A stretch of DNA of 64,000 nucleotides from Opitutaceae bacterium (GTDB lineage Bacteria > Verrucomicrobiota > Verrucomicrobiia > Opitutales > Opitutaceae), in assembly GCA_015075305.1 (NCBI GenBank), contig JABTUS010000004.1, positions 238,679-302,678 on the forward strand, read 5' to 3'. Below, piece by piece: positions 1 to 10,865 of the stretch. Made by a program: the position numbers and the translations under genes. The number at the start of each line of letters is the position of its first letter. Positions within the stretch are counted from its first letter, which is position 1. The notes under the pieces were generated by a model. It searched no databases. It worked only from the letters and a program-made list of their open reading frames with translations, and was not told where the DNA came from.

Positions 1-1738
1 GCTCGACATCGACAGCGTAGAGCCCTACGGAGTTTCTCGAAAACGCCTCACCCGACTGGGCGATGGTGCCGTCAAACGAGTAGCTGCTCATCTGGGTGTA
101 GTCCTTGACAATGGTCGCTGGATTTCCCCGCTCGTAGGTCGTGATCTTTCCCGGCACTCCATTTTGAATGTTCTCCAAGTTCACGGCCCCGGGATTGAGG
201 CGCACGGCAACCTCGGAAAAGTGGCCGTTCTGGCGGTCGCGGAAATCGCTTTCTGAAACCGAATAGCTCCCCTTTGCGGCGATTTTCCAGCCAGCGAGAT
301 TGAGATCGTAGGCGAGCTGGGTCGAGCGTGTGTTTCCCACCTTGTCGCGCGTGCGAACCACCATGGACGTCGTGCTGTTCGCCGTCGTTCCGATGGACTT
401 GGTCGCACCCCAGTCCGCGCCCGCCGCGATCGTCGGGCGGATGTCGAGATTGCGCTGGGCTTCGACGCTGTCGTAGGTGCTGTACTGGACATTGGCCCTG
501 ATGGACTGCGAGGGGGACGGCTTCCAGTCGACGCGCAGGTTGCCGGACATCTTGTCGACCATCATCGGCGTGGACTGGATCTGGAACCGCGTCAGGGCGG
601 GATTGGCGAGGGAGATCTGCTGGCCGGCCAGATTGCTGAAGGTGCCCGTGTAAGAATAGCTCGGCTGCACCCTGTAGTTGTTCTTGTATTCGCGGGCCAG
701 ATACCCGGTGAACGCGATGCCGAGTGTCTTGCTGAAGGGCTGCGTGACTGTGAACTCCAGGCCGGGGGTGGACTTGAAGGTGTCGTTCTTCACCGGACCC
801 GGTGTCTTCTTGAGATCGGCGTCCATCGAATTGAAGTTGAAGAAGACGCGTCCGGTGTAGGTCGGCCTTGCGAATTCAAACGAACTCTTGGTGATGAGAT
901 TGACCTGCCCGCCGATGGAGTTGTTCGGCATGTCGGGAGTGGCGACCTTGATGAGTTCCACCCGTGAGGCGTTGTTCACCGAGAGCTGATCGAGGGCGAC
1001 CTGACGCGACAGGCTTCCGGGAGTGGCGTTTGAAACCGGCATGCCATCGATCAGCACGGCGGTGTCCTCTGGGCCGAATCCCCTGATCGAGATTCCGGAT
1101 GCATCGGAGTCGGCATAGCCCTGGTTGTTGCCGCCGAAGGCGCCGTAGGAGACCTGCACGCCGGGCAGGAACTTGACGAACTCGCCGATGTTGCCGCTCG
1201 GGATGTCGCCGAACTGGTCGATCGCGACGACGTTCTTGATGTTGACGGAATTGCGTTCCTCGTTGATCGCGATCTCGCGGGCGTTGCGGAATCGGTCAGC
1301 GGCGACGGTGAAGGGATCCAGAACGAGGGTGCCGTCGGCATTTCGCTTGGTATCCTTTCCGACGAATGCGAAGTCCCTGGGGGTGGTCTCATTGGCGGCG
1401 ACTGTCACCGTGGCGGAGACGGGAGTCTGTCCTGTGTAGGATGCAGTCAGGCGCACCTCGCCCGTAGGTACATTGTACAGCGTGTATTCTCCAAATTCGT
1501 TCGTGAGCGTTTCGACGGTCGTGCCATCGATGATCACGAGCGCCTTGGAGAGGTAGATGCCAAGCTCCGCGTTTCGCACGCGACCCTGAATCGTGCCGGT
1601 GGCGGGTGACTGGGCGCTCGCGGTGGCGACCAGGCAGGCACATATTTGAACGAGCAGGAACCGCTGGATGGACAGGACGAGCGGCAGATGCGTGATTGCG
1701 CTGGCTTGCCAGCGAGAGACCTTCAGTCGGGGGAACAT
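1..1738 (-). CDS. TonB-dependent receptor, N-terminal ~579 codons (3' end beyond window edge)
   Basis: Minus-strand frame is open from ATG at 1738 to the window edge; it is missing from the ORF track because there is no stop in the window. Hand translation gives a signal-like N-terminus, a carboxypeptidase-regulatory-like segment (PATGTIQGRVRNAELGIYLSKALVIIDGTTVETLTNEFGEYTLYNVPTGEVRL) and plug-like LDPFTVAAD ... IRGFGPEDTAVLIDGMPV. Confidence 0.8.
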   Translation of the reverse strand, partial: MFPRLKVSRWQASAITHLPLVLSIQRFLLVQICACLVATASAQSPATGTIQGRVRNAELGIYLSKALVIIDGTTVETLTNEFGEYTLYNVPTGEVRLTASYTGQTPVSATVTVAANETTPRDFAFVGKDTKRNADGTLVLDPFTVAADRFRNAREIAINEERNSVNIKNVVAIDQFGDIPSGNIGEFVKFLPGVQVSYGAFGGNNQGYADSDASGISIRGFGPEDTAVLIDGMPVSNATPGSLSRQVALDQLSVNNASRVELIKVATPDMPNNSIGGQVNLITKSSFEFARPTYTGRVFFNFNSMDADLKKTPGPVKNDTFKSTPGLEFTVTQPFSKTLGIAFTGYLAREYKNNYRVQPSYSYTGTFSNLAGQQISLANPALTRFQIQSTPMMVDKMSGNLRVDWKPSPSQSIRANVQYSTYDSVEAQRNLDIRPTIAAGADWGATKSIGTTANSTTSMVVRTRDKVGNTRSTQLAYDLNLAGWKIAAKGSYSVSESDFRDRQNGHFSEVAVRLNPGAVNLENIQNGVPGKITTYERGNPATIVKDYTQMSSYSFDGTIAQSGEAFSRNSVGLYAVDVE

Positions 1739-2133
1739 GGGAGTGGAGGGGAGGGGTGGGGCATTTCCGGGAAATCATGCCGGGTCGCCGAAATGAGACC
1801 GGAAAGCGAGTGTGCCTCAGACTATCACATCGGAGTGAATGTTTCTTCCCGAGAAATGTGCATTTCTGACGGTTTTCTAAGGTATTGGGGAGCGGTGGAT
1901 CTCGTTCCATCGCGCCTGCATGGGGCGAAAGAGCGGCAAGAAGCGTCCCCGATCGGAAACAGGGCGCACGAGCGAGTCATGATCTTCCGCAGGCGATTTG
2001 GAGGCGTGGGACAAAGCTGCGGACAAGGCAACCGCGGTGACGAACGCTGCAAGGATCCGAATGAGAAACATGGTGGGGCAGTGGCGGCTCAGGCCGCACT
2101 TCGCGGCACGGTCCGGCGTGACTGCTTCTGGTC

Positions 2134-4944
2134 TCAGATCGTCAGGGTGCTGTGGAGCGTGTACTGGCCTGCCAGTGCATCGCAGACGGCGAAACCGCCT
2201 ATGCGCTCCGAGGCGGAGAGTCCGTCGCAAACGACTTCGGTGTCGGGATCGCTCGGCAGAAAAATGCGGGCGCGGGTGTTGGGGGGAATCACGACCTTCC
2301 ACTCAAAGGAAGACCCCGCAAGCTTCCAATGGCTGAGAATTTCACCGTGCGGACAGCGATAGTTCACGTTTGCAAAATCGAGCCCTTTGCCCGGCCAGGG
2401 TTTGAGCACGAAGCGTTCGAACCCGGGAACCTTAGGATCGAGTTCGATGCCACCCACATGGCGGAACAGCCACTCCCCGACGGAGCCGAGCGAGTAGTGG
2501 TTGAAGGAATTCATCTGAGGATTGAAGAACCCATCCTGATGCGTCCAGCCGTTCCACCTCTCCCAGATGGTGGTCGCGCCGTGCCGGATCGGATACAGCC
2601 AGGACGGATATGACTCCTGCAGCAGGAGCCGGTAGGCCACGTCTGCATGGCCGGTTTCCGTTAGCACAGGGTTGAGGTGTCCGATGCCGATGAAGCCCGT
2701 GCTGAGATGCCAGTCGAGATCGCGGATGAGACGAACCAGATGTTCGGCGGCCTTGGGTCGATCGGATTCCGGCAGGAGATTGAAGGCCAGAGCGAGGAGA
2801 TAGGCCGTCTGAGTTTCGACCGTGAGCCGGCCGTTTTCACCGAGGAACTCCTTCTGGAATGCCTCGCGGACCTTGACGAATACACGAGTGTGGCGCGCTG
2901 CGTCCTCGTCTCTTCCCAAGGCATGTGCCATCACCGCCATCTTTGCCGCGTCGTCCGCCCAGTAGGCCGTCGCGAGCAGATTCTTCATCGGCGAGTGTGT
3001 TCCAAAACTCGTGTCGGTGGGAATGCAGAGCCAGTCGCCGTAGTTGTGCCCGAGCTGGTTGACGCGCAGATATCCCGGATTGTTGTCCTCGATCCAGTCC
3101 ATCCATCCCTCCATGGCCCGCCAATGGCGCTCCATGATGCGCCGGTCGCCATAGACCCGCCAGATCGTCCAGGGGACGATGATGCCGGCGTCGCCCCAGC
3201 CAGCCGCGCCACAGAGGTTCCCGAGACCGGCATAATTTTCGCCATCGCGCAGGCGCGGTGCGATGTCAGGGAAAATGCCCTCGGGCGTCTGCGCGTCGTC
3301 GACGTCGATCATCCACTTGGTGAAAAATGCCGCGACGTCTTTGTTGTAGCTGGCGGTGCGAATGAACACCTGTGCATCGCCCGTCCATCCGAGACGCTCA
3401 TCGCGCTGGGGGCAGTCGGTGGGGACGGACAGAAAGTTGTCGCGCTGCGACCAGACGCCATTCAGCCAGAGGCGGTTCACGCCGGGGTGGGAACATTCGA
3501 AGCTGCCGCCGGGTGGAAGCACGGAGTGGATCACGCAGGCAACCGCCGCATGGGAGGGCGGTGCACTTGGCAGGCCTGTGATTTCCACGTATTGGAATCC
3601 ATGAAACGTGAAATGCGGCTCATAAACCTCATCGGCATCGCCTCCGCGGCAGGTGTACACGTCGGTCGCCTTGGCCTGTCGCAGGTTGTCGGTGTAGAGC
3701 GTGCCGTCGGGATTCAGGCGCTCGGCGTGGCGCAGTCTTACGACGGTGCCTCTGGGAGCCCTGACCGCCAGGCGGATCCATCCTGAGATGTTCTGCCCGA
3801 AGTCGAGGACGTGAACACCAGGTGCAACCTCATTGGAGGAGATGGGGACAAGTTCCTCGGTGATTCTCACGGGCCCGGCACGCTGCGCGACGAGGGGTGC
3901 AGCCGGGGCGGAAACCTCCCGGGCCTGCAGCCAGGGCAGTGACGCCAGGAGCTCGGGAGAGGGGCCCGGCGCCTGTGTTGCCGCCGCGACCGGCAGCAGA
4001 AGTGTGGTGTCCTGTTCGCGACGGGCGTCGTACACCTCGCCCATCATGAAATCGGAGGAGAGAATGGGGCCTGTGTGACACTGCCAGGTGCGATCGCTTT
4101 GGACGACGACCGTGCGGCCATCGGACAGCTCCATTTCGAGTTGCAGGAGAAAGCTGTTTTCCAGGGATCCGTACCGTGCGCGGGTTTCCTGCCAGCCCAC
4201 GTATCCGCTCCACCAGCCGTCGCCCAGCGTCACCTCCAGCCAGTTTCGGCCTGCGTGCAGCGAAGTGGAGACTGAGTAGGTGCGGAAATGAATGCGTTTG
4301 TCGTAGTCGGTCCACTCAGGAATGAAGAGATCGGGGGTGAGTGGCCTGCTGTTCACCCGAACATGGACCAGTCCGCGCGCGCTGATGTAGAGCGTCGCCC
4401 TCGTGACATCGGCGGAGAGATCGAATCCGCGGCGAAAGACTCCAGGGGTGCCCGATGCGGCCAGGGAAGGAGCGATGGCTGCGGGGTCCCGCGTGATGGT
4501 TTCGGGATCGGCGGCGATCCAGCGGGCGTTCCAGTCCCGACGGTCGAGCAGTCCCATGGTCCAACTGGCGGGCTCTGATCGTGCGGATGCGTCAGTTTCG
4601 TCCCAAATCTCCACGTGCCAGTGGCAGGCATCGCGCGACTCCAACGGCCGGCCCTGGTAAACGACATGCTGGGTCTGAGGGCTGTCGACCCGGCCTGAGT
4701 CCCATCGGTCCGCGGGCCCGGTGAGAAGCTTTTCCAGACTGCTCGCGACGCGAATCCGATACGCGCGCTGGCGGGCGCCCTGGCGGCTGGTGACGAGATT
4801 CCAGCTCAGTCGCGGCGCGCGTTCGTCAATGCCGAGCGGATCGACGAGATATTCGCAGCGGAGGTTGGCAATGCGCGTGGGCGTTTCCATGGGACGGGGA
4901 TTGAAGGCTTCCATGCGCGGACTCCCGGGTCGAGAGCGATGCAT
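2134..4944 (-). CDS. alpha-L-rhamnosidase (glycoside hydrolase family 78)
   Basis: 936-aa ORF. N-terminal IANLRCEYLVDPLGIDERAPRLSWNL and catalytic-domain DCPQRDERLGWTGDAQVF are characteristic GH78 strings. No obvious signal peptide. Alternative in-frame ATG starts lie 10 and 18 codons downstream. Confidence 0.9.
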   Translation of the reverse strand: MHRSRPGSPRMEAFNPRPMETPTRIANLRCEYLVDPLGIDERAPRLSWNLVTSRQGARQRAYRIRVASSLEKLLTGPADRWDSGRVDSPQTQHVVYQGRPLESRDACHWHVEIWDETDASARSEPASWTMGLLDRRDWNARWIAADPETITRDPAAIAPSLAASGTPGVFRRGFDLSADVTRATLYISARGLVHVRVNSRPLTPDLFIPEWTDYDKRIHFRTYSVSTSLHAGRNWLEVTLGDGWWSGYVGWQETRARYGSLENSFLLQLEMELSDGRTVVVQSDRTWQCHTGPILSSDFMMGEVYDARREQDTTLLLPVAAATQAPGPSPELLASLPWLQAREVSAPAAPLVAQRAGPVRITEELVPISSNEVAPGVHVLDFGQNISGWIRLAVRAPRGTVVRLRHAERLNPDGTLYTDNLRQAKATDVYTCRGGDADEVYEPHFTFHGFQYVEITGLPSAPPSHAAVACVIHSVLPPGGSFECSHPGVNRLWLNGVWSQRDNFLSVPTDCPQRDERLGWTGDAQVFIRTASYNKDVAAFFTKWMIDVDDAQTPEGIFPDIAPRLRDGENYAGLGNLCGAAGWGDAGIIVPWTIWRVYGDRRIMERHWRAMEGWMDWIEDNNPGYLRVNQLGHNYGDWLCIPTDTSFGTHSPMKNLLATAYWADDAAKMAVMAHALGRDEDAARHTRVFVKVREAFQKEFLGENGRLTVETQTAYLLALAFNLLPESDRPKAAEHLVRLIRDLDWHLSTGFIGIGHLNPVLTETGHADVAYRLLLQESYPSWLYPIRHGATTIWERWNGWTHQDGFFNPQMNSFNHYSLGSVGEWLFRHVGGIELDPKVPGFERFVLKPWPGKGLDFANVNYRCPHGEILSHWKLAGSSFEWKVVIPPNTRARIFLPSDPDTEVVCDGLSASERIGGFAVCDALAGQYTLHSTLTI

Positions 4945-5121
4945 CCGGATGCGAATTCATGTGTCGAAGCTTTCGGCGAAGGTCCGCCTGCCTTGGGACC
5001 GAGCCGGGACGTATCGTTGAGCAGATTCAGTGTGAGAAGAAGCAACGCGTGCATGTTAGCGCGATTATCCGTTTGATTCTCCCTAATTTTGCGTGCGTAC
5101 TTGCGGAATCCTAAGGCAGTG

Positions 5122-5997
5122 ATGGTTACGTTCGACCCCAACCGGCCTGACTTCACACCGTACGGCTTGACGTGTGTGCGCTGGACGCCGTCGCCGATGC
5201 GTCGTCCAGACCATCACAATGAGATCGAGCTGAATTTCCTGACCTCGGGTTCAGTCACGTATTTGCTGGGTGGGCGCGTGGTAAAGGTGGAGGCGGATGA
5301 ACTGGCGGTCTTCTGGGCAAGCATTCCGCATCAGATCAAGGAGTTTGATCACGACACCCGGTATTTTGCGGCGACCATTCCGCTTTCCTGGTTCCTGCAG
5401 TGCCGCTTTCCGGAGCGCTTCGTGCAGCCATTGCTGCGGGGTGAGGTCATTTCGGAAAATGTGTCCTGCCGTGTGCAGCAGGACCGTGATCTGTTCTCGC
5501 AATGGGAAAGCGACCTGGCCAACGCGGATGAGGACGTGCGCCACCTGGTCATGCTTGAAATGGAGGCCAGGCTTCGACGCCTGCTCCGGTCGCTTCCGGC
5601 ATCGTCCGACGCCGCTGGCAGCGCGAGATCCCGCAGGCGCGCCGCTCCGCTTCATTGCGGGGAGCTCAACAAGGTCGAGCAGATGGCGTGTCTGATTGCG
5701 CAACGCTACACCGAGGCGCTGACGGTGGAGGAGATCGGCAGGTGTGTCGGCCTGCATCCGAATTACGCGATGGGACTTTTCAAGAAGGCCTTCGGCACGA
5801 CCCTGATCGACTATCTCACCAGGCACCGGGTGTCCCACGCGCAGCGTCTGCTTGCGACGACCGATGAGAAGATTCTGGAGATTGCGATGACTTCGGGCTT
5901 CAATTCTCTCAGCCGCTTCAACGAGGCTTTCCGCCGTGTGTGCGGCTGCACCCCGAGAGAGTATCGGATTGAGCATCCTTTTGGCTCACCGGCGTAG
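5122..5997 (+). CDS. AraC family transcriptional regulator
   Basis: C-terminal HTH strings (IAQRYTEALTVEEIGRCVGLHPNYAMGLFKKAFG ... SGFNSLSRFNEAFRRVCGCTPREYR). Divergent from the rhamnosidase. The track ORF starts at TTG 5089; the first ATG is at 5122. Confidence 0.85.
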   Translation: MVTFDPNRPDFTPYGLTCVRWTPSPMRRPDHHNEIELNFLTSGSVTYLLGGRVVKVEADELAVFWASIPHQIKEFDHDTRYFAATIPLSWFLQCRFPERFVQPLLRGEVISENVSCRVQQDRDLFSQWESDLANADEDVRHLVMLEMEARLRRLLRSLPASSDAAGSARSRRRAAPLHCGELNKVEQMACLIAQRYTEALTVEEIGRCVGLHPNYAMGLFKKAFGTTLIDYLTRHRVSHAQRLLATTDEKILEIAMTSGFNSLSRFNEAFRRVCGCTPREYRIEHPFGSPA

Positions 5998-6081
5998 CAG
6001 GCGTCTCTGGTGACTTTAACTCCGTTCGGATTGCTGGGGATGTGCGCCGACAATCCCCGGAATCCGCGGCGAACATCGTGC

Positions 6082-6690
6082 TCAGGCGAGCCTGAACATG
6101 CGGGGAATGTCTGCGGCGTTGATCAGGGCGAGCGCGCGCTTTTCCGCCGCCCGCATGCGGCGCTTTCTGTCAGGGCGCAGGTCATCGTAGCCGGCGAGGT
6201 GCAGCCAGCCGTGAACCACGTAGAGGAGAAGTTCCCGGGAAAAATCCGTTTGCCGATCGCTGGAATAGCGGGCCGCTGTGTCGACGGAAACGCAGATCTC
6301 GCCGGCCGTGCCCATTTCGGCGTGTCCTTCAAACGTGATCACATCGGTGGTCGAAAAGTCGTTCAGGAACCGCCCGTGAAGATCGGCCAGGGCGGCGTCC
6401 GTGAGAAAGGCAAGGGAAAGTTCTCCCGACGGCAGCGCGGGGCAGGGGCGGACGATGCCTGACTTCAAGCTTTCCACGCCCGGGGCTCGTGCGCGTTTCC
6501 GTGCGGATGGCGTCAGTTCGGGCAGGTCGGACGCTGTGTGAAAAAACTGCTGATCCAGTGCTGCCAGGGCCTTGAGGAGTCCGCGCCGATTCACGCGCAG
6601 GCGGCGGTGGAGCACGCGGATTGACACCTTGCGCGCCGGTGCGGCCTCGCTGGCCGCGGCGCGCGGCGGACGGGCGCGAGATCGTGTCAC
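6082..6690 (-). CDS. ybeY: rRNA maturation endoribonuclease YbeY
   Basis: Zinc-binding motif HGWLHLAGYDD. 4-nt overlap with the upstream HD hydrolase gene. The N-terminal region is longer than typical YbeY, so the true start may be internal. Confidence 0.88.
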   Translation of the reverse strand: MTRSRARPPRAAASEAAPARKVSIRVLHRRLRVNRRGLLKALAALDQQFFHTASDLPELTPSARKRARAPGVESLKSGIVRPCPALPSGELSLAFLTDAALADLHGRFLNDFSTTDVITFEGHAEMGTAGEICVSVDTAARYSSDRQTDFSRELLLYVVHGWLHLAGYDDLRPDRKRRMRAAEKRALALINAADIPRMFRLA

Positions 6691-9098
6691 GACGAGTGGG
6701 CGGAGTGCGGCTGGCCGCTCCTGGATTCGGTCGCCCCGCTTTCGGCAGGAGGATACGCGACGCGGCTGTGCAGCATGTTCAGCAGCGTGAAATTGAAGCT
6801 GCTCTTGATCTTGCTGATCTCCTCAAACGTCAGGGGTGACTCCTCGAGCTGACCGTCCGCAACGCTGGCGCGGACGATCTGTTCGATGAGCTCGGCAAGG
6901 TGCTGCGGTGTGACTCTGCGCATGGAGCGTGACGCCGCTTCACACATGTCGGCGAGATGGATGATCGCGCTTTCCTTGAACTGGGGTCTGGGGCCGTCGT
7001 AGCGATAGGTCGTTTCACAGACCCTGGAGGGGTCGGCGCGGATGACATTGTGCTCGCGGAGGTCGCCCGCGCCCGGCTTGGAGAACGCGGGTTTCGCCAG
7101 TTCCTGGACGGCCCGCTGGAAAAAGTAGCGGATCAGGGTTGTGCCGTGGTGCTGCTGGATGACTTCAATGACCATGCGGGGCAGCTTGTACTTCAGCGCC
7201 AGGTCAACGCCGTCCTTCACGTGGGCCTTGATGATCAGCGCGGAAAGCGACGGGTTGGCATCGTCGTGGGGGTTCACGCCCTCGCGCTGATTTTCGCTGA
7301 AGTATTCGGGTTTGACGATCTTGCCGATGTCGTGGAAGAGGGCGCATACGCGGGCAACGAGCGGATTGGCGCCGATGGCGTTTGCCGCGTTCTCGGCGAG
7401 CTGGGCGACGACCAGCGAGTGATGGTAGGACCCAGGAGCCTCGAGCTGCATGCGACGCAGCAGCGGGTGGTTGAAGTCGGTGAGCTCGAGCAGCGTGATG
7501 TCCGTCGTTCGCCGGAAGAGTCCCTCGAGCACGGGAAGCAGTCCGACAACCACAATGCCCGTGAGCAGCCCGGTGACCAGGCCCGCGCTCATCTGCTGGA
7601 GCACTGCGCGAACCGGCAGCTGGTCGACAACGCCGAACAGCAGGACAAACCCCGCCACTGTCATGCCGCCGAGCAGCCCCGCCCGGACGACGCGCCCGCG
7701 CTTGCGGCTCGAGCGCGAGGCAAAAATCGCAACCATCGAGGAAAGGAACGTCAGCACGAGGAGGTCGAGGCGGTTGCCGTAGATCACGCTCGTGAAAATC
7801 GAGATGAGCAGCGCCATGAAGATGGCGGAGCCGGTGTTGAGAAGAATGGCGACAATCAGCGGAGCGAGCGCCGCAGGGGCGACCAGCGGGAGGATCGATG
7901 CGGCTGTGGAGTCGTCGACGAAGAAGGGAAGGCCGCCCAGCGAGTAGGTTGCCCGCACGAGCGCCAGATTGACGACAACCGTCAGCGCGAGCAGGGCGAG
8001 GCGGGTGTTGCTGCGAAGGGTTTCCCGGTCCTCAAGCCGGATGTAGATGACGCTGGCGAGGACCATCGCGAGGACCAGCAGGATGCGGCCGAACAACTGC
8101 AGTCCCTCGTTCAACTGCAGGTTGTGATCGCGGAGGACGACCTTGCGGTAGGCCTGCAGCATTTCGTACTGCTCCGGGGTGACACGCGTGCCCGCTTCGA
8201 CGAGGGTCTGTCCGCGCTCGATCTTGACGACGACGGGATGCAGGTTCTTCAGCGCGTTTTCCTGGAGGTTCTTGGTTGCCTGAAGGTCATAGATCAGGTT
8301 GGGAGTGAGTCCGTTTCTGAAGATGCGGTAGAGGGCGACCTCCGTGCTGCGGCCCATGCCCTCCGCGGCGATGTTGATGCGCAGGTAGGCGTGGGCTTCG
8401 TCCATGGACTGGACGGGTCGCTGGGCAACTTCGCCCGTCGACTTGAGAATCTTGAACACCGTGACGCGCCCATCGCTCCCAGCCGGCAGAACCGAGCCGT
8501 CGTGCACGCCTTCGGTGTAGATTTCGCGAAGGACCGCCAGTCCATTTTCCACCAGTGCAAAACGCACCTTCGCGTCTCCGGCGTCGAGCAGCGCAGACAC
8601 GTCGTCAACACTGACGCGATACGGCCCCTTGGCATTGAAAGCGTCGACAACCGGCGCCAGGGCGGCTGTGCGGTCCTGCCCCTGCTTGGTTTTTCCTCCT
8701 TCCTCCTTCTCAAGTTTGTCCAGGGAGGCGAGGAGTTCGCGAACATTCGTCTCGAACAGGCGCAGCGGCTCGAACTCGAGCCGGTACACGGGGGGAGTGC
8801 GATCGCGGAGCTGCTCGGCCATCTGCCGCGTCTTCTCGGTGCTCTGATAGGAAAAGGGCGCACCGGCGACGATGCGAACATTGGCCAGCTGATTGGGAAG
8901 CAGCAGGAGGTTGGCCGTGGTCACTCCGACGAAGCTGACGAGCACGATCGCGGCAACCGTCGCCACAAACACGAGCGATGCGATCAGCCGGCTGTTTTCC
9001 AGGAACCCGAGCAGTTCCGAATCAGGAACACTTTTTCGGACGCGACGATGGGCTCCCGCCCCGCCGCGCAGGAGCTTGAACTTGTTGATTAGTGCCAT
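6687..9098 (-). CDS. 7TM-receptor-type HD-domain phosphohydrolase (PgpH/YqfF-like)
   Basis: 803 aa. Large N-terminal extracytoplasmic region, multiple hydrophobic helices, then an HD domain (HHSLVVAQLAE ... LFHDIGK ... QQHHGT). Canonical phoH-HD-ybeY gene order. Confidence 0.85.
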   Translation of the reverse strand: MALINKFKLLRGGAGAHRRVRKSVPDSELLGFLENSRLIASLVFVATVAAIVLVSFVGVTTANLLLLPNQLANVRIVAGAPFSYQSTEKTRQMAEQLRDRTPPVYRLEFEPLRLFETNVRELLASLDKLEKEEGGKTKQGQDRTAALAPVVDAFNAKGPYRVSVDDVSALLDAGDAKVRFALVENGLAVLREIYTEGVHDGSVLPAGSDGRVTVFKILKSTGEVAQRPVQSMDEAHAYLRINIAAEGMGRSTEVALYRIFRNGLTPNLIYDLQATKNLQENALKNLHPVVVKIERGQTLVEAGTRVTPEQYEMLQAYRKVVLRDHNLQLNEGLQLFGRILLVLAMVLASVIYIRLEDRETLRSNTRLALLALTVVVNLALVRATYSLGGLPFFVDDSTAASILPLVAPAALAPLIVAILLNTGSAIFMALLISIFTSVIYGNRLDLLVLTFLSSMVAIFASRSSRKRGRVVRAGLLGGMTVAGFVLLFGVVDQLPVRAVLQQMSAGLVTGLLTGIVVVGLLPVLEGLFRRTTDITLLELTDFNHPLLRRMQLEAPGSYHHSLVVAQLAENAANAIGANPLVARVCALFHDIGKIVKPEYFSENQREGVNPHDDANPSLSALIIKAHVKDGVDLALKYKLPRMVIEVIQQHHGTTLIRYFFQRAVQELAKPAFSKPGAGDLREHNVIRADPSRVCETTYRYDGPRPQFKESAIIHLADMCEAASRSMRRVTPQHLAELIEQIVRASVADGQLEESPLTFEEISKIKSSFNFTLLNMLHSRVAYPPAESGATESRSGQPHSAHSS

Positions 9099-9188
9099 CG
9101 CTGGAACGAGGGACTGAAAACCGAAACTATCGCCATGCTGGGCTGGCTTTGATGCAAGGTAATATCTGTTGTCGGGAAAAGCGAGCGA

Positions 9189-10172
9189 TTATTGACTCTC
9201 ATTTTCCTCCGCCTGGCCAATGGGATTTTTGTAACGCTCATAGGCGTCTATGATCTTCAGGACCAACGGGTGCCGGACAACGTCGGATCCGCTGAAATAG
9301 TGGAAGTCGATGCCGGGAATATCCCTCAGGATCCGACTCACTTCGATGAGGCCGCTCTGCTTGTTTCTGGGGAGGTCGACCTGCGTGATGTCGCCCGTGA
9401 CCACCATGCGCGAATCCTCTCCGAGTCGCGTGAGGAACATCATCATCTGTTCCGGCGTGGTGTTCTGCGCCTCGTCGAGGATGATGAACGCGTGTGAGAG
9501 GGTGCGTCCGCGCATGTAGGCGAGCGGAGCGATCTCGATCACACCTTTTTCCGTCAGGGTCTGGACATCCTTCGCGTCCAGCATGTCGTGCATGGCGTCG
9601 TAGAGCGGACGCAGGTAGGGAAGGATCTTCTCGCGCAGGTCCCCGGGCAGGAAGCCGAGCTGTTCGCCGGCCTCGACTGCGGGTCGTGTGAGAATGATGC
9701 GCTGGACCTGGTTCTTGAGCAGAAGGCTGATGGCGTGCGCAACGGCGAGGTAGGTTTTTCCCGTGCCCGCCGGCCCGATGCCGAAGACGATCGGACTGCT
9801 CAGGAGCGCCTGCAGGTAGAGCTTCTGCCCAAGTGTCTTGGGGACGATGCTCCTGCGCTGCGTGGCGATGACAAGCGGTTCCCCGAAAAGCTGCTTGAGC
9901 GACTCCGCCTCCCCGCGCGCAATGGTCTCCACAATGCGCGTGAAGTCGTTGGTGCGGATGGACACGCCGTGATTGCGAACGTCGTTCAGGAAGCCAAAAA
10001 GAATTTCCACCCTGGCCACCGCATCCTCCGCGCCCTCCACCTTCAACCAGTCATCGCGGGCGGCGAGTTTCACGCCGAGTGCGCGTTCGACGAGCGCCAG
10101 GTTCTCCTCCCGACCTGCGTAGAGCTGATTCAGATGCCGGGGCGATGGAAAGCGCAGAGTCTGTGATGCCAT
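9189..10172 (-). CDS. phoH: PhoH family ATPase (YbeZ-like)
   Basis: Walker A GPAGTGKTYLAVA, FIILDEAQN, VVTGDITQVDLP; 327 aa. Confidence 0.9.
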   Translation of the reverse strand: MASQTLRFPSPRHLNQLYAGREENLALVERALGVKLAARDDWLKVEGAEDAVARVEILFGFLNDVRNHGVSIRTNDFTRIVETIARGEAESLKQLFGEPLVIATQRRSIVPKTLGQKLYLQALLSSPIVFGIGPAGTGKTYLAVAHAISLLLKNQVQRIILTRPAVEAGEQLGFLPGDLREKILPYLRPLYDAMHDMLDAKDVQTLTEKGVIEIAPLAYMRGRTLSHAFIILDEAQNTTPEQMMMFLTRLGEDSRMVVTGDITQVDLPRNKQSGLIEVSRILRDIPGIDFHYFSGSDVVRHPLVLKIIDAYERYKNPIGQAEENESQ

Positions 10173-10181
10173 GGATTGGGA

Positions 10182-10691
10182 TCAGCGCACTGCGGAAAGC
10201 CTGGCGGCCGCGGACGAAAGTTTCTCCCAGGTGGCTTCGAGCGACTCTGGCAGCACCCGCGTCTGTCCGATGACGGGCATGAAATTGTTGTCGCCGGACC
10301 AGCGGGGCACGATGTGCCCGTGAAGATGGTCGATGCTTCCTCCGGCGGTTCGGCCGAGGTTGAAGCCGATGTTGAAACCGTCCGGCGACATCACGGCGGT
10401 CAGCACTTTCTTGCCGAATGTGGTCGTCGCGAAGAGGTCGGCGCTTTCCCCGGTGTTCAAGTCCTCAAGGTCGGAAACCTCGCGAAACGGAATGACGAGA
10501 AGATGCCCGGGGTTGTAGGGGAAACGGTTGAGCATCAGGTAGCACAATGCGGATCGATGAACGATCAGGGCCTTGCGGTCGTCGCCCATGCCCGGCAGCT
10601 GAGAAAACGGCTTGCCCTCGGTGGGAGGGCGCGGTGCCGAAATGTACTCCATTCGCCAGTAGGCGTGTAAGGAAGCGAAGGGAGAGTCCAT
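10182..10691 (-). CDS. HIT family protein (Ap4A phosphorylase-like)
   Basis: Last 169 codons of the 473-aa track ORF, starting at MDSPFASL. Contains LNRFPYNPGHLLVIP and the histidine triad HLHGHIVPRW. The upstream part of the track ORF is antisense to fabF and is rejected. Confidence 0.85.
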   Translation of the reverse strand: MDSPFASLHAYWRMEYISAPRPPTEGKPFSQLPGMGDDRKALIVHRSALCYLMLNRFPYNPGHLLVIPFREVSDLEDLNTGESADLFATTTFGKKVLTAVMSPDGFNIGFNLGRTAGGSIDHLHGHIVPRWSGDNNFMPVIGQTRVLPESLEATWEKLSSAAARLSAVR

Positions 10692-10865
10692 GCGTGCGGG
10701 AAGGCAAGAGGAACGTCGCGCGGGTGTGAAGTCAAAGCCCCGTGCATGGTACTGATGACAACAGGCGGCATCTTGAGCCTGCAACTGTGGCTTGCACCCC
10801 CCGGGTGAACAGGCTTTCTCGCGGGTTGCGCGGTGTCCGCACGGCATCAATTCCATACCGAAAAC

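Noticed and set aside
6957-9092. 711-aa plus-strand ORF
   Set aside because: It is fully antisense to the well-supported HD-hydrolase gene. The composition is Arg/Gly/Asp-rich and typical of shadow ORFs in GC-rich DNA, with no motifs.
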